From the sequence record PZ049713.1: a stretch of DNA of 59,621 bases; one strand, 5' to 3'. The stretch comes from a phage. The translations under genes and the position numbers were made by a program. Under the pieces are notes generated by a model. The model made no database searches, was not told the origin of the DNA, and saw only the letters and a program-made list of their open reading frames with translations. This document shows, piece after piece, positions 16,147 to 25,847 of the stretch; the stretch's first letter is position 1; every line of letters starts with the position of its first letter.

Positions 16147-18182
16147 CCCTTCCATGATCCAGGCGAGCCCGCTACCACGCAAACCCAGCCGCTGTACTGG
16201 CCTGCGGACGGATATCTATTAACTACTCTGTCGCCGGAGTTCCATGTGCCGGTTGTAGGTATGGCTGTGCCGAACCATTCCTTACCGAAGTTGCCCGCTT
16301 GGAGGGTTTCGTAAAGGTACAGGACACCCCCTACAAATTGATTGTCAGCATAATATCGAAGCGGCTCGGCAGGGTTCTTAAAGCGCATTGCAGTTACACG
16401 GAAGCCACTCACAGTATTGCGCGCCACTGACATTGTTGACTGAGTGCCCGATTCGATGAATATGCCGTGCTCCATGAGCGTGGCGTTACCGCGAATGGTA
16501 TTCCCAGTGATTTCTTTCTCTGACCCTGCGGTGATATGAATACCCAAGCCAGCACCGATGCCGCCTGCACGCCCAACATCCTCCAGCTTGTTATTGCTTA
16601 TCTTTGCACCTACACCGTTTGCGTCGAAAATGCCTTGATACTGGGTTTGGCGAATACTGTTCCCGGTCGCAACTAGGTTCGAATACTGATCAAAATAAAG
16701 GCCGGAACGACCCACTACGGCGACAGAGTTGCCTGTAACGTTGGCGTCGGCCGCATACCGAACCGCAATACCATCTTGACCAACGTTAGCAATCGTATTG
16801 CCCGTAATGGACAAGACCTTGCAGCGCATAGGAGTAGCCGTTGGCCCGGTGTTGATAACCTGAATACCGTCACCACCAGACACACCGCTGATCGTGTTAC
16901 CCGTGATTGAAACCGAACCGCTGTTGCCGCCGCCAGCGTCATAATTTTGAACTTTCAGACCTGACGCAACGGTGTTGCGGATAGTGTTACCAGTAATCGA
17001 AAGCCCAAAAATGCCCGTGTCGCAGTACAAGCCATGCTCGGTAACGATGTCGTGTATCACGTTGCCAGTGACGGTCACATTCTCTGAAAGCTGCCCGATG
17101 ATTCCGCCAGACGCTGTTCCCGATATTCTATTACCAAACACATTTATGTTTTTGCCAACCAGGGTGAAGCCTGTTGTGTTTCTGTAGTTGGGGTCGTTCA
17201 GTACCGCGGCACCCGGACCATGAACAACGTTGTACGCGAAGGTCGCACCGTCGACAGGGAGGTTTGTCATCACCGGCGAATATCGGAAATCACGGAAGAC
17301 GTTACCGATAATTTGCAGATTGATCGCTTCGGAGCCGCTGACCCCGATAGCTTGCGATGCTGGGCTATTTACATAGGTCGCCTCGTCGGCACCAATCAAC
17401 TCCAAACCGGTCACGGTTACATCAGACAGGCCATCAGCATCGAACAGTACCGTTTGCACCGCCGTTTGCCGGATCACTGCATGCCGCCCTGACAGATAAT
17501 GGCCAGACCTTAGCTGGAGCTTCCCATTGACCAGGTAATGATCACTCGCGTCACCGAAATCGACGTATAAGCCTGCATTCAGCGCAGCTTGGATTGCCAC
17601 CGTATCATCAGTAACCCCGTCCGCTACCGCGCCGTAAGAACGAGGGCGCACCGTCTTGTCGCTTTCTAGTATTTCAGCGACGGTCCGCGTACCCAGTCGT
17701 ACAAGACTAGCGCCTTCCGCTGCCGCCAACTCCTGCCGCAGCACGTCATCCCCAAGCAGCACGAGGCTGGCAGAGTCAGTCGCCCAAGTGCCAGTGAGCT
17801 CCAGAGGAAGCGTAGCGTCAGGGCCGGGCCGGTAGAGGCCTGCGGTCGTACCGGTAGTGGCCGCATTGACTGCAACGTACTCGTTCCGCTCCTCCAGTAC
17901 GACATTGGCCGCATAGTCGCCCTTGCTCACATAGCCGGAAGACACGAGAAACGCCTGGAACCGGCTCTCCTTATCGGCCTGACTCAGTGTGAACGCGGTT
18001 TCGCGGCCTTCCTGCGCATTGTTGAAGCTGTTTTCCATGCCGGACCACGACTCGCGCAGCTTGCCCAGTCGGTCGGCATAGAACGGATCTGCGCCGTTGA
18101 CCAGCTTGTCGAGGTTCTCGGCGTTGTCGTACAGGTCGCGCGGATCGGTGGACGGGACGTTGTTGCCGGTATTGAATGTCAT
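16125..18182 (-). CDS. Tailspike / tail fibre with pectate-lyase-like right-handed beta-helix (polysaccharide depolymerase)
   Basis: N-terminal MTFNTGNNVPSTDPRDLYDNAENLDKLVNG. YGAVADGVTDDTVAIQAALNAG. Repeated ITGNTI/VTGNxI beta-helix coils. Confidence 0.85.
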   Translation of the reverse strand: MTFNTGNNVPSTDPRDLYDNAENLDKLVNGADPFYADRLGKLRESWSGMENSFNNAQEGRETAFTLSQADKESRFQAFLVSSGYVSKGDYAANVVLEERNEYVAVNAATTGTTAGLYRPGPDATLPLELTGTWATDSASLVLLGDDVLRQELAAAEGASLVRLGTRTVAEILESDKTVRPRSYGAVADGVTDDTVAIQAALNAGLYVDFGDASDHYLVNGKLQLRSGHYLSGRHAVIRQTAVQTVLFDADGLSDVTVTGLELIGADEATYVNSPASQAIGVSGSEAINLQIIGNVFRDFRYSPVMTNLPVDGATFAYNVVHGPGAAVLNDPNYRNTTGFTLVGKNINVFGNRISGTASGGIIGQLSENVTVTGNVIHDIVTEHGLYCDTGIFGLSITGNTIRNTVASGLKVQNYDAGGGNSGSVSITGNTISGVSGGDGIQVINTGPTATPMRCKVLSITGNTIANVGQDGIAVRYAADANVTGNSVAVVGRSGLYFDQYSNLVATGNSIRQTQYQGIFDANGVGAKISNNKLEDVGRAGGIGAGLGIHITAGSEKEITGNTIRGNATLMEHGIFIESGTQSTMSVARNTVSGFRVTAMRFKNPAEPLRYYADNQFVGGVLYLYETLQAGNFGKEWFGTAIPTTGTWNSGDRVVNRYPSAGQYSGWVCVVAGSPGSWKGYGLIQA

Positions 18183-18255
18183 GCGTTTACTCCAGGCGTG
18201 AAAATCCGCACGGCGTCCTTGCGGGCCGTGTCCGGTATGTGGTGTTGGCTAGTGG

Positions 18256-20958
18256 TTAGGCGGGTGGCGTTGCGTCGTCGTAGGCGTAGACTTCTGGCGC
18301 GTAGTTGACTGCCTCTACTGACGCCCCATCTGTGCCGTTCGGGCTGATTGACGTGATCAGTGCCGGATAGCTCCAGCGGTTGACCGGCCCGAACAAGAGG
18401 TGCGGCGGTTCGATGCTCCACGAGGTGTCGGGCTCAAAGTCCAAGCCGGTGATCGACAGCCGATACTCATCGATGCGCGTCGCGGCGTATGGCCCAGAGA
18501 GCGTGCCATCAGGACGGCGAATACCGACCACATGCGCGCCACCGGCTGACCAGTCGAACGGCTCGGATGACTCGATGATGCCGCTGTCGTAGCTCAGCAT
18601 CAGCGCGCTCTGGCCGTAGCCCGGCACGTCGTCGGCCACATGGCAGAACGACATAAACCCCGAATTCAGCGCATCCAGCTCGGTCGCCCAGCGATACGCC
18701 CAGCGCCTATGTTTGTGCGCCATCCGCTGCCGCATCCCGAGGCGCCAAGCGCGCGTCCTGCTAGTGATGCCCTCTGCCGTAAGCTTCTCGACCTTGCGCC
18801 CGATATCGCCCGGCAGGCGGCACTCAACGGTCTCCACCGCCCAGGTGTTTTCGTCGACGTATTCCACATCCACGCCGTCGAAGTCGTCCGGGCCTACGGC
18901 GGAGAAGTCGCGCTCCAGCTCTTCTGTCATGTTCTGCGGCGTGTACAAGTCGGTTTTCGGCGCGAAGGTCTGCTGTGGCGTGTCGCGCGGCTCATCACGA
19001 GCAGCAGACAAGCGCCCGCGCTCGATAGTCAGGTCGGCAAAGCCGGCTTTTAGCGCATGGCCGATGATCTGCTTGACCGTGGACGCGGACTCGTAGGCCA
19101 TGTCAAAGCGGTCGCCGCGCTGCGCCCATAGGGCTCCGAGGCGATCCAGTTCGGCGAAATCCAGGTCGTCATCGGTATAGCCGATGGATCGTGCAACGTA
19201 GGCCACGAACGGCACGATATCGCGCGTCGGCGTCTCGACATCCCATGCGCCGTCACCTGTTCGAACAGGCAGCACGCGCGTGACCTCAGCGGAAATCAGC
19301 TGCTCTGACTGTGCGGCCAAGCGGTTGCCGCCCTTGACGCGCACGGCCATCACCGTGACGCCCTCGTATGCGGTCGGCGCCTGCAACTTGGCGCGCAGCC
19401 CGTACCACTCCACGCCATCAATGATCTGCGTGCTGTCGGATTTCGCGCCGATGCGCCTCAGCCGCACTTCGGGCCGCATCATGCTCGGCAGCGTCAGCGA
19501 TTCGGTGTAGCCGAGCTGGTCGACCTGCGCGCCGCTGTAGCTCTTGGTGATCGACGTCCAGGCGCCCGCCAGCGCGGCGTCGCGATACTGCATCTCCACG
19601 GTCACGGTAATCGAGAATTTGCGGCCCTTCTTATCGACGCCGCACAGGCCGCCGGGGAACATCACGTCCCACTCGATATGGCTGGCCACCTCGTTCGGCG
19701 GGCAGGCCATGAACGGCCCGGTCCAGTCGCCCTCCTGCGTGGATGCGTCGAGGCTGATCGAGGCGTCGGCACTGTTGAAGTCATCGAATCCCGGCCATGC
19801 GACCGGATCAGGCGCGCCGGTATCGGTCAGGCGCTCAACCGATATGGCCGATATGCCGGCCGCAACGATGCGATAGCGTAGGCCCGCATAGCCCACGCTC
19901 AGGCTCGCAGGGCCAGCCGGCAGCGCCGTAACGGGCGAGCCATTTAGGTAGTTCAGTGTGAGCTGGTCAGGCGCGCCTGGCGTGTAGCTGTGCACGACGA
20001 ACGAGCCGGCATAGTCGCCAGCCACCTCAATGACCATGCCCGCAAACGGCGCCATCCAAGCGAAGCTTCCTTCGATGATGTCTCGATCCGCCCCGCCGTC
20101 GATGACGGTAAAAGGTCGCGGAGCCTCGATGCGGACGATCATGCCCGGCGCCCATCCGGCTGGGAACGAGCCGGCACCGGACGGGATAGTGATGGTGTCG
20201 CCGCTGAAGATGTAGCTGGTTGCCGTAGGTTCTGGGTCGACGGCGTAGGTTGCCGTCAACTCCAGGCCTGCGGAGCCGGTCGAGGTAGCGCCCACTTCGT
20301 CAGCCGAGTGCCACCACTCTGCCGCAGCCTCGCCGGCCAGCGATTGGCCGGGCTGGTAGATCGAATATTCCGCATCGCTGCCGAGGGAAATCAGCGGAGT
20401 ATCGCCGACCAGGATGCGGCTGGCCGGGATTTCGAATTTGCCCTTGCCGATGCACAGCAACATTTCCACCCACTGATCGCGCGGGGCCGAGAAGAAGCGA
20501 TGCGGCGGCAACAGGTAATCGGGGTACACACGCCGCTTGCCTGCAACCTCTCGAATTGGGTCGTTGATTCGGACCTTGTTGCCCTTGGCCGAGGCCTCGT
20601 TGAGCGCATCGCCACGCCCCACTCCGCCGCCGCCTTTCGTCTGCGGCTTGGGCATCATCGAGACGACGAGCACCGCGGCCGCCACTGCGACGGCCGCATA
20701 GACGAGCATCGCGGTCGCGCTGATCGGCTCTTTCGGCTCAGGCGTGATATCCACCACATCGTCCGGCGCGATGACGAAGCTATCCCACTCCCCGGACGGC
20801 ACCAGGGCGCCATTCACCTCGAAGCTGATCGGGTGAACGTCGCGCTCGCTGTATGACGGGACGTTCGCGCGCAGCCAGGCGCCGATGGTCATCGCCGAGC
20901 CGATGTGATGCGTCTCCAGCGGCTCACCTTGGAGCTTGGACGGATAAATCCGAATCAT
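18256..20958 (-). CDS. Host-specificity / central tail tip protein (lambda J-like, with gpI-like N-terminal domain)
   Basis: 900 aa, immediately after the K- and L-like genes. The N-terminal ~100 aa plus a TM segment resemble a tail assembly protein I fusion. Confidence 0.8.
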   Translation of the reverse strand: MIRIYPSKLQGEPLETHHIGSAMTIGAWLRANVPSYSERDVHPISFEVNGALVPSGEWDSFVIAPDDVVDITPEPKEPISATAMLVYAAVAVAAAVLVVSMMPKPQTKGGGGVGRGDALNEASAKGNKVRINDPIREVAGKRRVYPDYLLPPHRFFSAPRDQWVEMLLCIGKGKFEIPASRILVGDTPLISLGSDAEYSIYQPGQSLAGEAAAEWWHSADEVGATSTGSAGLELTATYAVDPEPTATSYIFSGDTITIPSGAGSFPAGWAPGMIVRIEAPRPFTVIDGGADRDIIEGSFAWMAPFAGMVIEVAGDYAGSFVVHSYTPGAPDQLTLNYLNGSPVTALPAGPASLSVGYAGLRYRIVAAGISAISVERLTDTGAPDPVAWPGFDDFNSADASISLDASTQEGDWTGPFMACPPNEVASHIEWDVMFPGGLCGVDKKGRKFSITVTVEMQYRDAALAGAWTSITKSYSGAQVDQLGYTESLTLPSMMRPEVRLRRIGAKSDSTQIIDGVEWYGLRAKLQAPTAYEGVTVMAVRVKGGNRLAAQSEQLISAEVTRVLPVRTGDGAWDVETPTRDIVPFVAYVARSIGYTDDDLDFAELDRLGALWAQRGDRFDMAYESASTVKQIIGHALKAGFADLTIERGRLSAARDEPRDTPQQTFAPKTDLYTPQNMTEELERDFSAVGPDDFDGVDVEYVDENTWAVETVECRLPGDIGRKVEKLTAEGITSRTRAWRLGMRQRMAHKHRRWAYRWATELDALNSGFMSFCHVADDVPGYGQSALMLSYDSGIIESSEPFDWSAGGAHVVGIRRPDGTLSGPYAATRIDEYRLSITGLDFEPDTSWSIEPPHLLFGPVNRWSYPALITSISPNGTDGASVEAVNYAPEVYAYDDATPPA

Positions 20959-21350
20959 GGTTTTTCCCTGTAGTAGACGACCCGTGCGAAGCGGGATTCG
21001 AACCTGGCCACGGTCGACCAGCTCGGGCCTGTCTTGCTGCCGGTGTCGAGCACGGCCAGGCGCCCGTCAATCTCGACAACGATGGCGATATGCACGCAGA
21101 TGCGCCCGCGCCAGACTGTGGCGATAGCACCAGGCCCAGGCCGGCACTCTTCGAACTCTGTCGCCGCCTGCTTGACGCAGCGCGTGAACTCGGCGGGCAT
21201 GGTGTTGCGGACATGGCCGAACGCAGGCAGATCGGCCTTACCGAACACCTCCTGTCGAACCAGCCGCACCAGGCCGTAACAATCCACGAACGGCAGTTCG
21301 CGCCCGCCGTCCCGATATGAGGAGGCGAGGTATTTGGTGAGCCAGGTCAT
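20955..21350 (-). CDS. Tail assembly protein K-like NlpC/P60 (C40) peptidase
   Basis: 131 aa with DCYGLVRLV (Cys) and a later His. Position between the L- and J-like genes. Confidence 0.75.
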   Translation of the reverse strand: MTWLTKYLASSYRDGGRELPFVDCYGLVRLVRQEVFGKADLPAFGHVRNTMPAEFTRCVKQAATEFEECRPGPGAIATVWRGRICVHIAIVVEIDGRLAVLDTGSKTGPSWSTVARFESRFARVVYYREKP

Positions 21351-21838
21351 AGGTAGCGGATGCCGGGAGCGAATGTGGCGGTGTACAGATCGCGCGGGAA
21401 TGCGGTATTGATCAGGTCGAAGAAGCCGGCCGTAACCTGCACCGTAGAGCCCTTGATCTTTCCGTTCAGCACCGTGGCGCGGTATACCTGATCGCTCGGT
21501 GCGGTCAAGTCGCTGGCCAGGTACACGCGGAAAATCAGGCTCACCTTCGCCTCCGCCTCCAGTGCCGCGTCAATTTTCCGCTGCGCCTCGCCGGTCACGT
21601 TGTCGATGGCGAAGGTCAGGTTCTGCGCGCCGGAGTTGGTCTTCTTCGGCAGCGCGACGGCAATGCCTGACGCCAGGAACGTCAGCTGCCGGCCGTCCTC
21701 GGTGATGCAGTGCTGATCATCGAACCCTTCGGCCAGCAGGATCGGCTCTGCCCATGCCTCGCATGTCAGCTCAAGCGTATAGAGGATGGTGTCGCCGCCC
21801 GAGGCATAGACTTTTTCAAGGACTGTCATTCGGGCCAC
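21347..21838 (-). CDS. Minor tail protein (DUF1833, gpL analogue)
   Basis: 163 aa. Synteny between the M-like and K-like genes. Typical C-terminal ...FPRDLYTATFAPGIRYL. Confidence 0.7.
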   Translation of the reverse strand: MARMTVLEKVYASGGDTILYTLELTCEAWAEPILLAEGFDDQHCITEDGRQLTFLASGIAVALPKKTNSGAQNLTFAIDNVTGEAQRKIDAALEAEAKVSLIFRVYLASDLTAPSDQVYRATVLNGKIKGSTVQVTAGFFDLINTAFPRDLYTATFAPGIRYL

Positions 21839-22332
21839 TCCTCGTTAATCCCCTCGTCAAACGCACCCATGAAAGTCTGGTATTTCGATTCGGGCCATTC
21901 GCGGTTCATGGACTTGTCAAATAGGCTCGATAGCAGAATGTACTGCGGCGCATAAACCGCCCAACCAGGCGCAACCTTCGGTTTATCGCGCAGCTCAACC
22001 CTCGCCGTGTAGGCCCATCGATCGATCCCGAACAGAGCCGGCCCTTGCGGGCTTTCGAGGAATCTCGCCTGGTGCTCGGTTAGGCCGATCGGTGTCCTGA
22101 GCGTGAGCGCGAACCAGCCGGCGCCAACCACGTCGTCTGCCCAGCCTTCGAACAGCTGGGCCTGAGGCGTCGTGAATATCCAGCGCAACGACACGAATGA
22201 CGGGACGCTGGTGAACCTTATCCGCTGCCTAGCGCGACCGCTCTGCATCTCGGTGCGAAGGATTTTGTTTGCCGCCTCAAGCGCAAAGCCATCCCTGGTC
22301 GGAAACGGAAGCTCTACTGGATACTCAATCAT
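21826..22332 (-). CDS. Minor/distal tail protein (gpM position)
   Basis: 168 aa, directly downstream of the tape measure gene with overlapping stop/start. Confidence 0.65.
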   Translation of the reverse strand: MIEYPVELPFPTRDGFALEAANKILRTEMQSGRARQRIRFTSVPSFVSLRWIFTTPQAQLFEGWADDVVGAGWFALTLRTPIGLTEHQARFLESPQGPALFGIDRWAYTARVELRDKPKVAPGWAVYAPQYILLSSLFDKSMNREWPESKYQTFMGAFDEGINEEWPE

Positions 22333-25300
22333 CGACCCACTCCAGATATGCCGAACTTCCGTCCGATTGCTTGCGATGCAGGTCCGTCGCTATAGATGTC
22401 AGCGACGAATGCGTTCACGTTCCACGAGCCATCGCTGTTTTTAGTCTTCTCGACCTTGCCAGCCTTGCTTGAGTCCTCGATCAGGTTGACGTTGACAGTC
22501 ATGTCGCCGCCACCCTCACCGCCGCTTGAAAGGAAATCCTTCAGGTCGGCGTTCGTGCGCTGGTCAACGACTCGCTCTCCCTTGTCGAGTAGCCATGTGC
22601 CTTCCCGAGGCACGCTGTCGATACCGTCGTGCGCCATGCCGGCAAGCGCCAAGCCAGAAACCGCGGCAGCCATTGGCTCAGTTACAGCGAGCGCCGATGC
22701 CATTGCGGCAGGGGCCATCGCCCACCCAGTGATTGGTATCGCCGCGGCGCTCGCATAGGCGTTAATCCCAGCTTGCAGCGCGGAGGCTTGCGCATTTGTT
22801 GCCATAGCCGAGGCGGCGCTAGATTGCGTAGTCTTTCCGACTAGCAGCTGTACAGCCTGATAGGCAAGCCATTGCGCAGCCATCTGCCCAAGAGCGTTGA
22901 CTACAGAGCGCGCCATCCCTTCAGCCATGCCAGAAACTGCATCGCTCAACGATTCGGCGTCGAATACCATTGATTCGAAGGCATCGCCGAAGCGGCTGCT
23001 GAATCCTTCCACGACATTGCCGGCCAGCTCGTCGAAATTGCCAAGGCTTTCCTCGGCCGCGGCAAGGTATCGCTCCCAGTAGCTGCCATTGACCTCAAGC
23101 AGCTTCTCGTCGCGCTCCTGCTCCAGCCTGATCATGGCCTCGTTGCGCTCTTCTGCAGTGAGCAGCGTTGCGTCCATGATGATCTGGCGGCGGCGCTCGT
23201 AAGACGCTAGGATGGCCTCCTCTTCGGTCATTAGGGCATCGATGATCGATACCGCTTCCCGATTGGTATTTTCCTCAGCCTCGTTGACCTGACGGAGCGC
23301 CTCCGCTTGCTTCTCGTAAGCCTCAACCGCCTGCAAGGCATTGCGAGCACTAGCCAACTGAGACTCTGATGCGCCGTCCATTGACAGCTTGTACAGCGTC
23401 GCCTCGGTCGCGCTCATGCCAAGCATCTGCGCCTGCAGCTCAAGAGCCGATATCTGCTGCTTGAGGTTCTTCTCGGATGTCTTGCCGCGGGCGCGCTCGG
23501 CTTCTTCTAGTCGATAGAGCTGCGTAGCGAGCTGTTCGGCCTCTTCGCGTTCCTCCTTGGTGGCATCAGCGCCAAGCGACTGGATAGCTGCCAGGCGAGC
23601 CCTGGCTTCACCTTGCAGTTTCGCCAGGTCAAGCTGCTCACGCATCCGGGCAATTGCTTTCTGCCCCTCAGTGCTGGTCGTTGGCTCTTCCTGGTCGCTC
23701 AGTTCAGGTGCCTTGCTGCGCTTCGCTATCTCGTCATCGACGGCGCGCAGGCGCTTGCGGTACTTCTCCAGCGCCTCATCAGCGATCAGTGCCTTCTCTG
23801 CCGTGCGCTCCAGTTCTTCACGCCACTCTTGCGCCTTCGCGCTGTTCGGGTAGCGCTGCAGATTGTTGCGCAGCGTTTCGACGCGGGCGTTTAGTGCGGT
23901 GAGTTCGCCGGCCGCGCCGCTGGATTCGGTTTCAATCTTGGTCAGCAGATCCGCGCGCAGAGCGCGCAGCGTTGCATCGCCGAGGTCATTGACCGACTCG
24001 GTAAGCAGGTCGACCGGCTGCTTGGCGTCACGGGCGTTGCTAGCGAAGGTGTAGAGCGCCCCGGCGGCGAGCAAAACCACGCCGGCCGGGCCGCCGAGCA
24101 ACGCCATGGCACTGCGCAGCCCGCCGGCAACGATGGTTCCGACACGCATTGCGCTGTTGAGTGCGTTCTGTGCTGCGGCCTGGTTGGCTGCAGCCTGAAG
24201 CGCCACGGCTTGCGCGGCCGACAGGTTGCGGGCTGCGATCGCGTGGGCGTTGGTGCCCTTGGCGGCCTCGAACTCTGCCCTGGCGACAGCAAGGGCTGCC
24301 ATGGCCGACTGACGCTCAGCGGTAGCACTGGCAGCCGAAACAGCCAGCACCTCGCGCTCTTTTATGAGGCGCGCCCGCAAGGCAAGAAGAGCCTGCCCAT
24401 TCGCTGCGGTCCACGCCAGCATAGCGCTAGTCAGGCGCGCACCGTACGCAATGGCGACGAGTTCAGCAGCGGTACTGATGCCGTCGAGCGCACCCTTCAT
24501 CGCCTCAGTGTCTTCGCTGAACGCGAGTACTGAGTCAGCGGCTGCGATGATGCTATCGGTGACGCTCTGGATCGCCCCGCTCTGGTTCTCGAATGCGACG
24601 AGAATCGCGGTTGTCGCTGTCTTGGCGCGAACACCTGCATCGGTCAGGTTGCTCGCCATATTGGCGGCGGCCTTGGCGTTCTCGTCCAGCGACTTGCGCA
24701 GGCCTTCGGACAGATCACGCGCAGAGAGCTTTCCGGCGGCGCCCATTGCGCGGATCTCTGCCGAGGAACGACCTGTTGCCGCAGCGATGTCATTGATCAC
24801 CGATGGCAGGGCATTGGTGATTGTTTCCCACTGATCGGCGGCCACCTTGCCGGTGTTCATCGACTTGGAGAATGCGCTGATTGCCGTCTCGGCACGCTCG
24901 GCACTGGTGGCGTTCTTCACGAACGCATAGGACATAGAGTCCGTCACGTCCAGCGCCTGCTGAGTCGAGTAACCCATGCTCCGAAGGCTGTCGGCGGTGC
25001 GGATGTACAGCTCCTGGGCTTCCGACAGCGAACGGTAAGTGCCGTTAGCGGTGGCCAGCAGGCGGCGCTGCACAAGCTCGAACTCGGCTTGGCTGCTTGT
25101 GGCCATCTGCACGCGCTCGGCCATCTCCTGGTACGTCTGCACCAGGCCGGCAGCAGAGCGCAGCGCAGATACCGAAACAGCGGCGGCAAGGGTTGTGCCA
25201 AGCGCAGCCACGGCGGTCTTCAGTTGCCCGGTAGCAATGGCATTGCGGCGCGTCTGGCGCTCCAGCTGATCGAACCCACCTTCAGCCTTGCGGGATGCAG

Positions 25301-25382
25301 CTTCCAGGCGATCCAGATCGCTTGCAGCCTTCAGGCCGCTTGTGCTGTCCACGCTCAGGACAAGGCGGGCGTATTCGGTCAT
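22329..25382 (-). CDS. Tail tape measure protein
   Basis: About 1017 aa, Ala-rich helical/coiled coil with a hydrophobic Gly/Ala segment. ATG at 25382 has a ggaga RBS. Follows the chaperone genes. Confidence 0.9.
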   Translation of the reverse strand: MTEYARLVLSVDSTSGLKAASDLDRLEAASRKAEGGFDQLERQTRRNAIATGQLKTAVAALGTTLAAAVSVSALRSAAGLVQTYQEMAERVQMATSSQAEFELVQRRLLATANGTYRSLSEAQELYIRTADSLRSMGYSTQQALDVTDSMSYAFVKNATSAERAETAISAFSKSMNTGKVAADQWETITNALPSVINDIAAATGRSSAEIRAMGAAGKLSARDLSEGLRKSLDENAKAAANMASNLTDAGVRAKTATTAILVAFENQSGAIQSVTDSIIAAADSVLAFSEDTEAMKGALDGISTAAELVAIAYGARLTSAMLAWTAANGQALLALRARLIKEREVLAVSAASATAERQSAMAALAVARAEFEAAKGTNAHAIAARNLSAAQAVALQAAANQAAAQNALNSAMRVGTIVAGGLRSAMALLGGPAGVVLLAAGALYTFASNARDAKQPVDLLTESVNDLGDATLRALRADLLTKIETESSGAAGELTALNARVETLRNNLQRYPNSAKAQEWREELERTAEKALIADEALEKYRKRLRAVDDEIAKRSKAPELSDQEEPTTSTEGQKAIARMREQLDLAKLQGEARARLAAIQSLGADATKEEREEAEQLATQLYRLEEAERARGKTSEKNLKQQISALELQAQMLGMSATEATLYKLSMDGASESQLASARNALQAVEAYEKQAEALRQVNEAEENTNREAVSIIDALMTEEEAILASYERRRQIIMDATLLTAEERNEAMIRLEQERDEKLLEVNGSYWERYLAAAEESLGNFDELAGNVVEGFSSRFGDAFESMVFDAESLSDAVSGMAEGMARSVVNALGQMAAQWLAYQAVQLLVGKTTQSSAASAMATNAQASALQAGINAYASAAAIPITGWAMAPAAMASALAVTEPMAAAVSGLALAGMAHDGIDSVPREGTWLLDKGERVVDQRTNADLKDFLSSGGEGGGDMTVNVNLIEDSSKAGKVEKTKNSDGSWNVNAFVADIYSDGPASQAIGRKFGISGVGR

Positions 25383-25399
25383 GCTTTTCTCCGGGCATG

Positions 25400-25422
25400 A
25401 AAAAGCCCGCACTAGGCGGGCT
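25400..25422 (-). terminator. Intrinsic terminator after the lipoprotein moron
   Basis: Minus strand: agcccgc-ctagt-gcgggct followed by ttttt. Lies between the lipoprotein stop (25435) and the TMP start (25382). Confidence 0.7.
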
Positions 25423-25434
25423 TCGTGAGGTCAT

Positions 25435-25815
25435 TTACTGCTGCTTTGGTGGCTGGGACTGCTGCATGACTTTGTAAGAGGCCTCAATTGTTTTCTGACT
25501 GGCCTCCATCATATCGGCTGTCAGCGTCTGGTTCCCCCATCGCGCAACCTTCCCGTTCTCAAAGGTCACGACCAATCGATCCTGGGCGAGCTGCTCGTTA
25601 TCTACCGGGGTGAAGCCAATCACGACCGGGTTCCAGTAGATCCAACGCTCGCGATCTTCGTTCACATCAGTTCTTCGGGGGAGGCCCATGGTCGCCTGTA
25701 CGTCAGCTTTTGACATTCCCAGCGACAAGTTCATGGACTGCCGGTTGTAGTCGATACGGTTGTTCGCGCAGCCTGCGATGATGAGCATCGCGGCAAAGAT
25801 GAGAATCTTGCGCAT
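25435..25815 (-). CDS. Lipoprotein, BamE/SmpA_OmlA-like (moron)
   Basis: Signal peptide plus lipobox MRKILIFAAMLIIAGC. SLGMSKADVQATMGLP is BamE-like. Lower GC than the flanks. Own terminator. Confidence 0.8.
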   Translation of the reverse strand: MRKILIFAAMLIIAGCANNRIDYNRQSMNLSLGMSKADVQATMGLPRRTDVNEDRERWIYWNPVVIGFTPVDNEQLAQDRLVVTFENGKVARWGNQTLTADMMEASQKTIEASYKVMQQSQPPKQQ

Positions 25816-25847
25816 GGTTCCTCTCCCTGTTTGAAAGGGTCAGATTA

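Noticed and set aside
18179-18421. 80-aa minus-strand ORF overlapping the 3' end of the tail-tip gene and the tailspike start
   Set aside because: It is an alternative frame over the end of the 900-aa gene, Arg-rich, and has no independent support.
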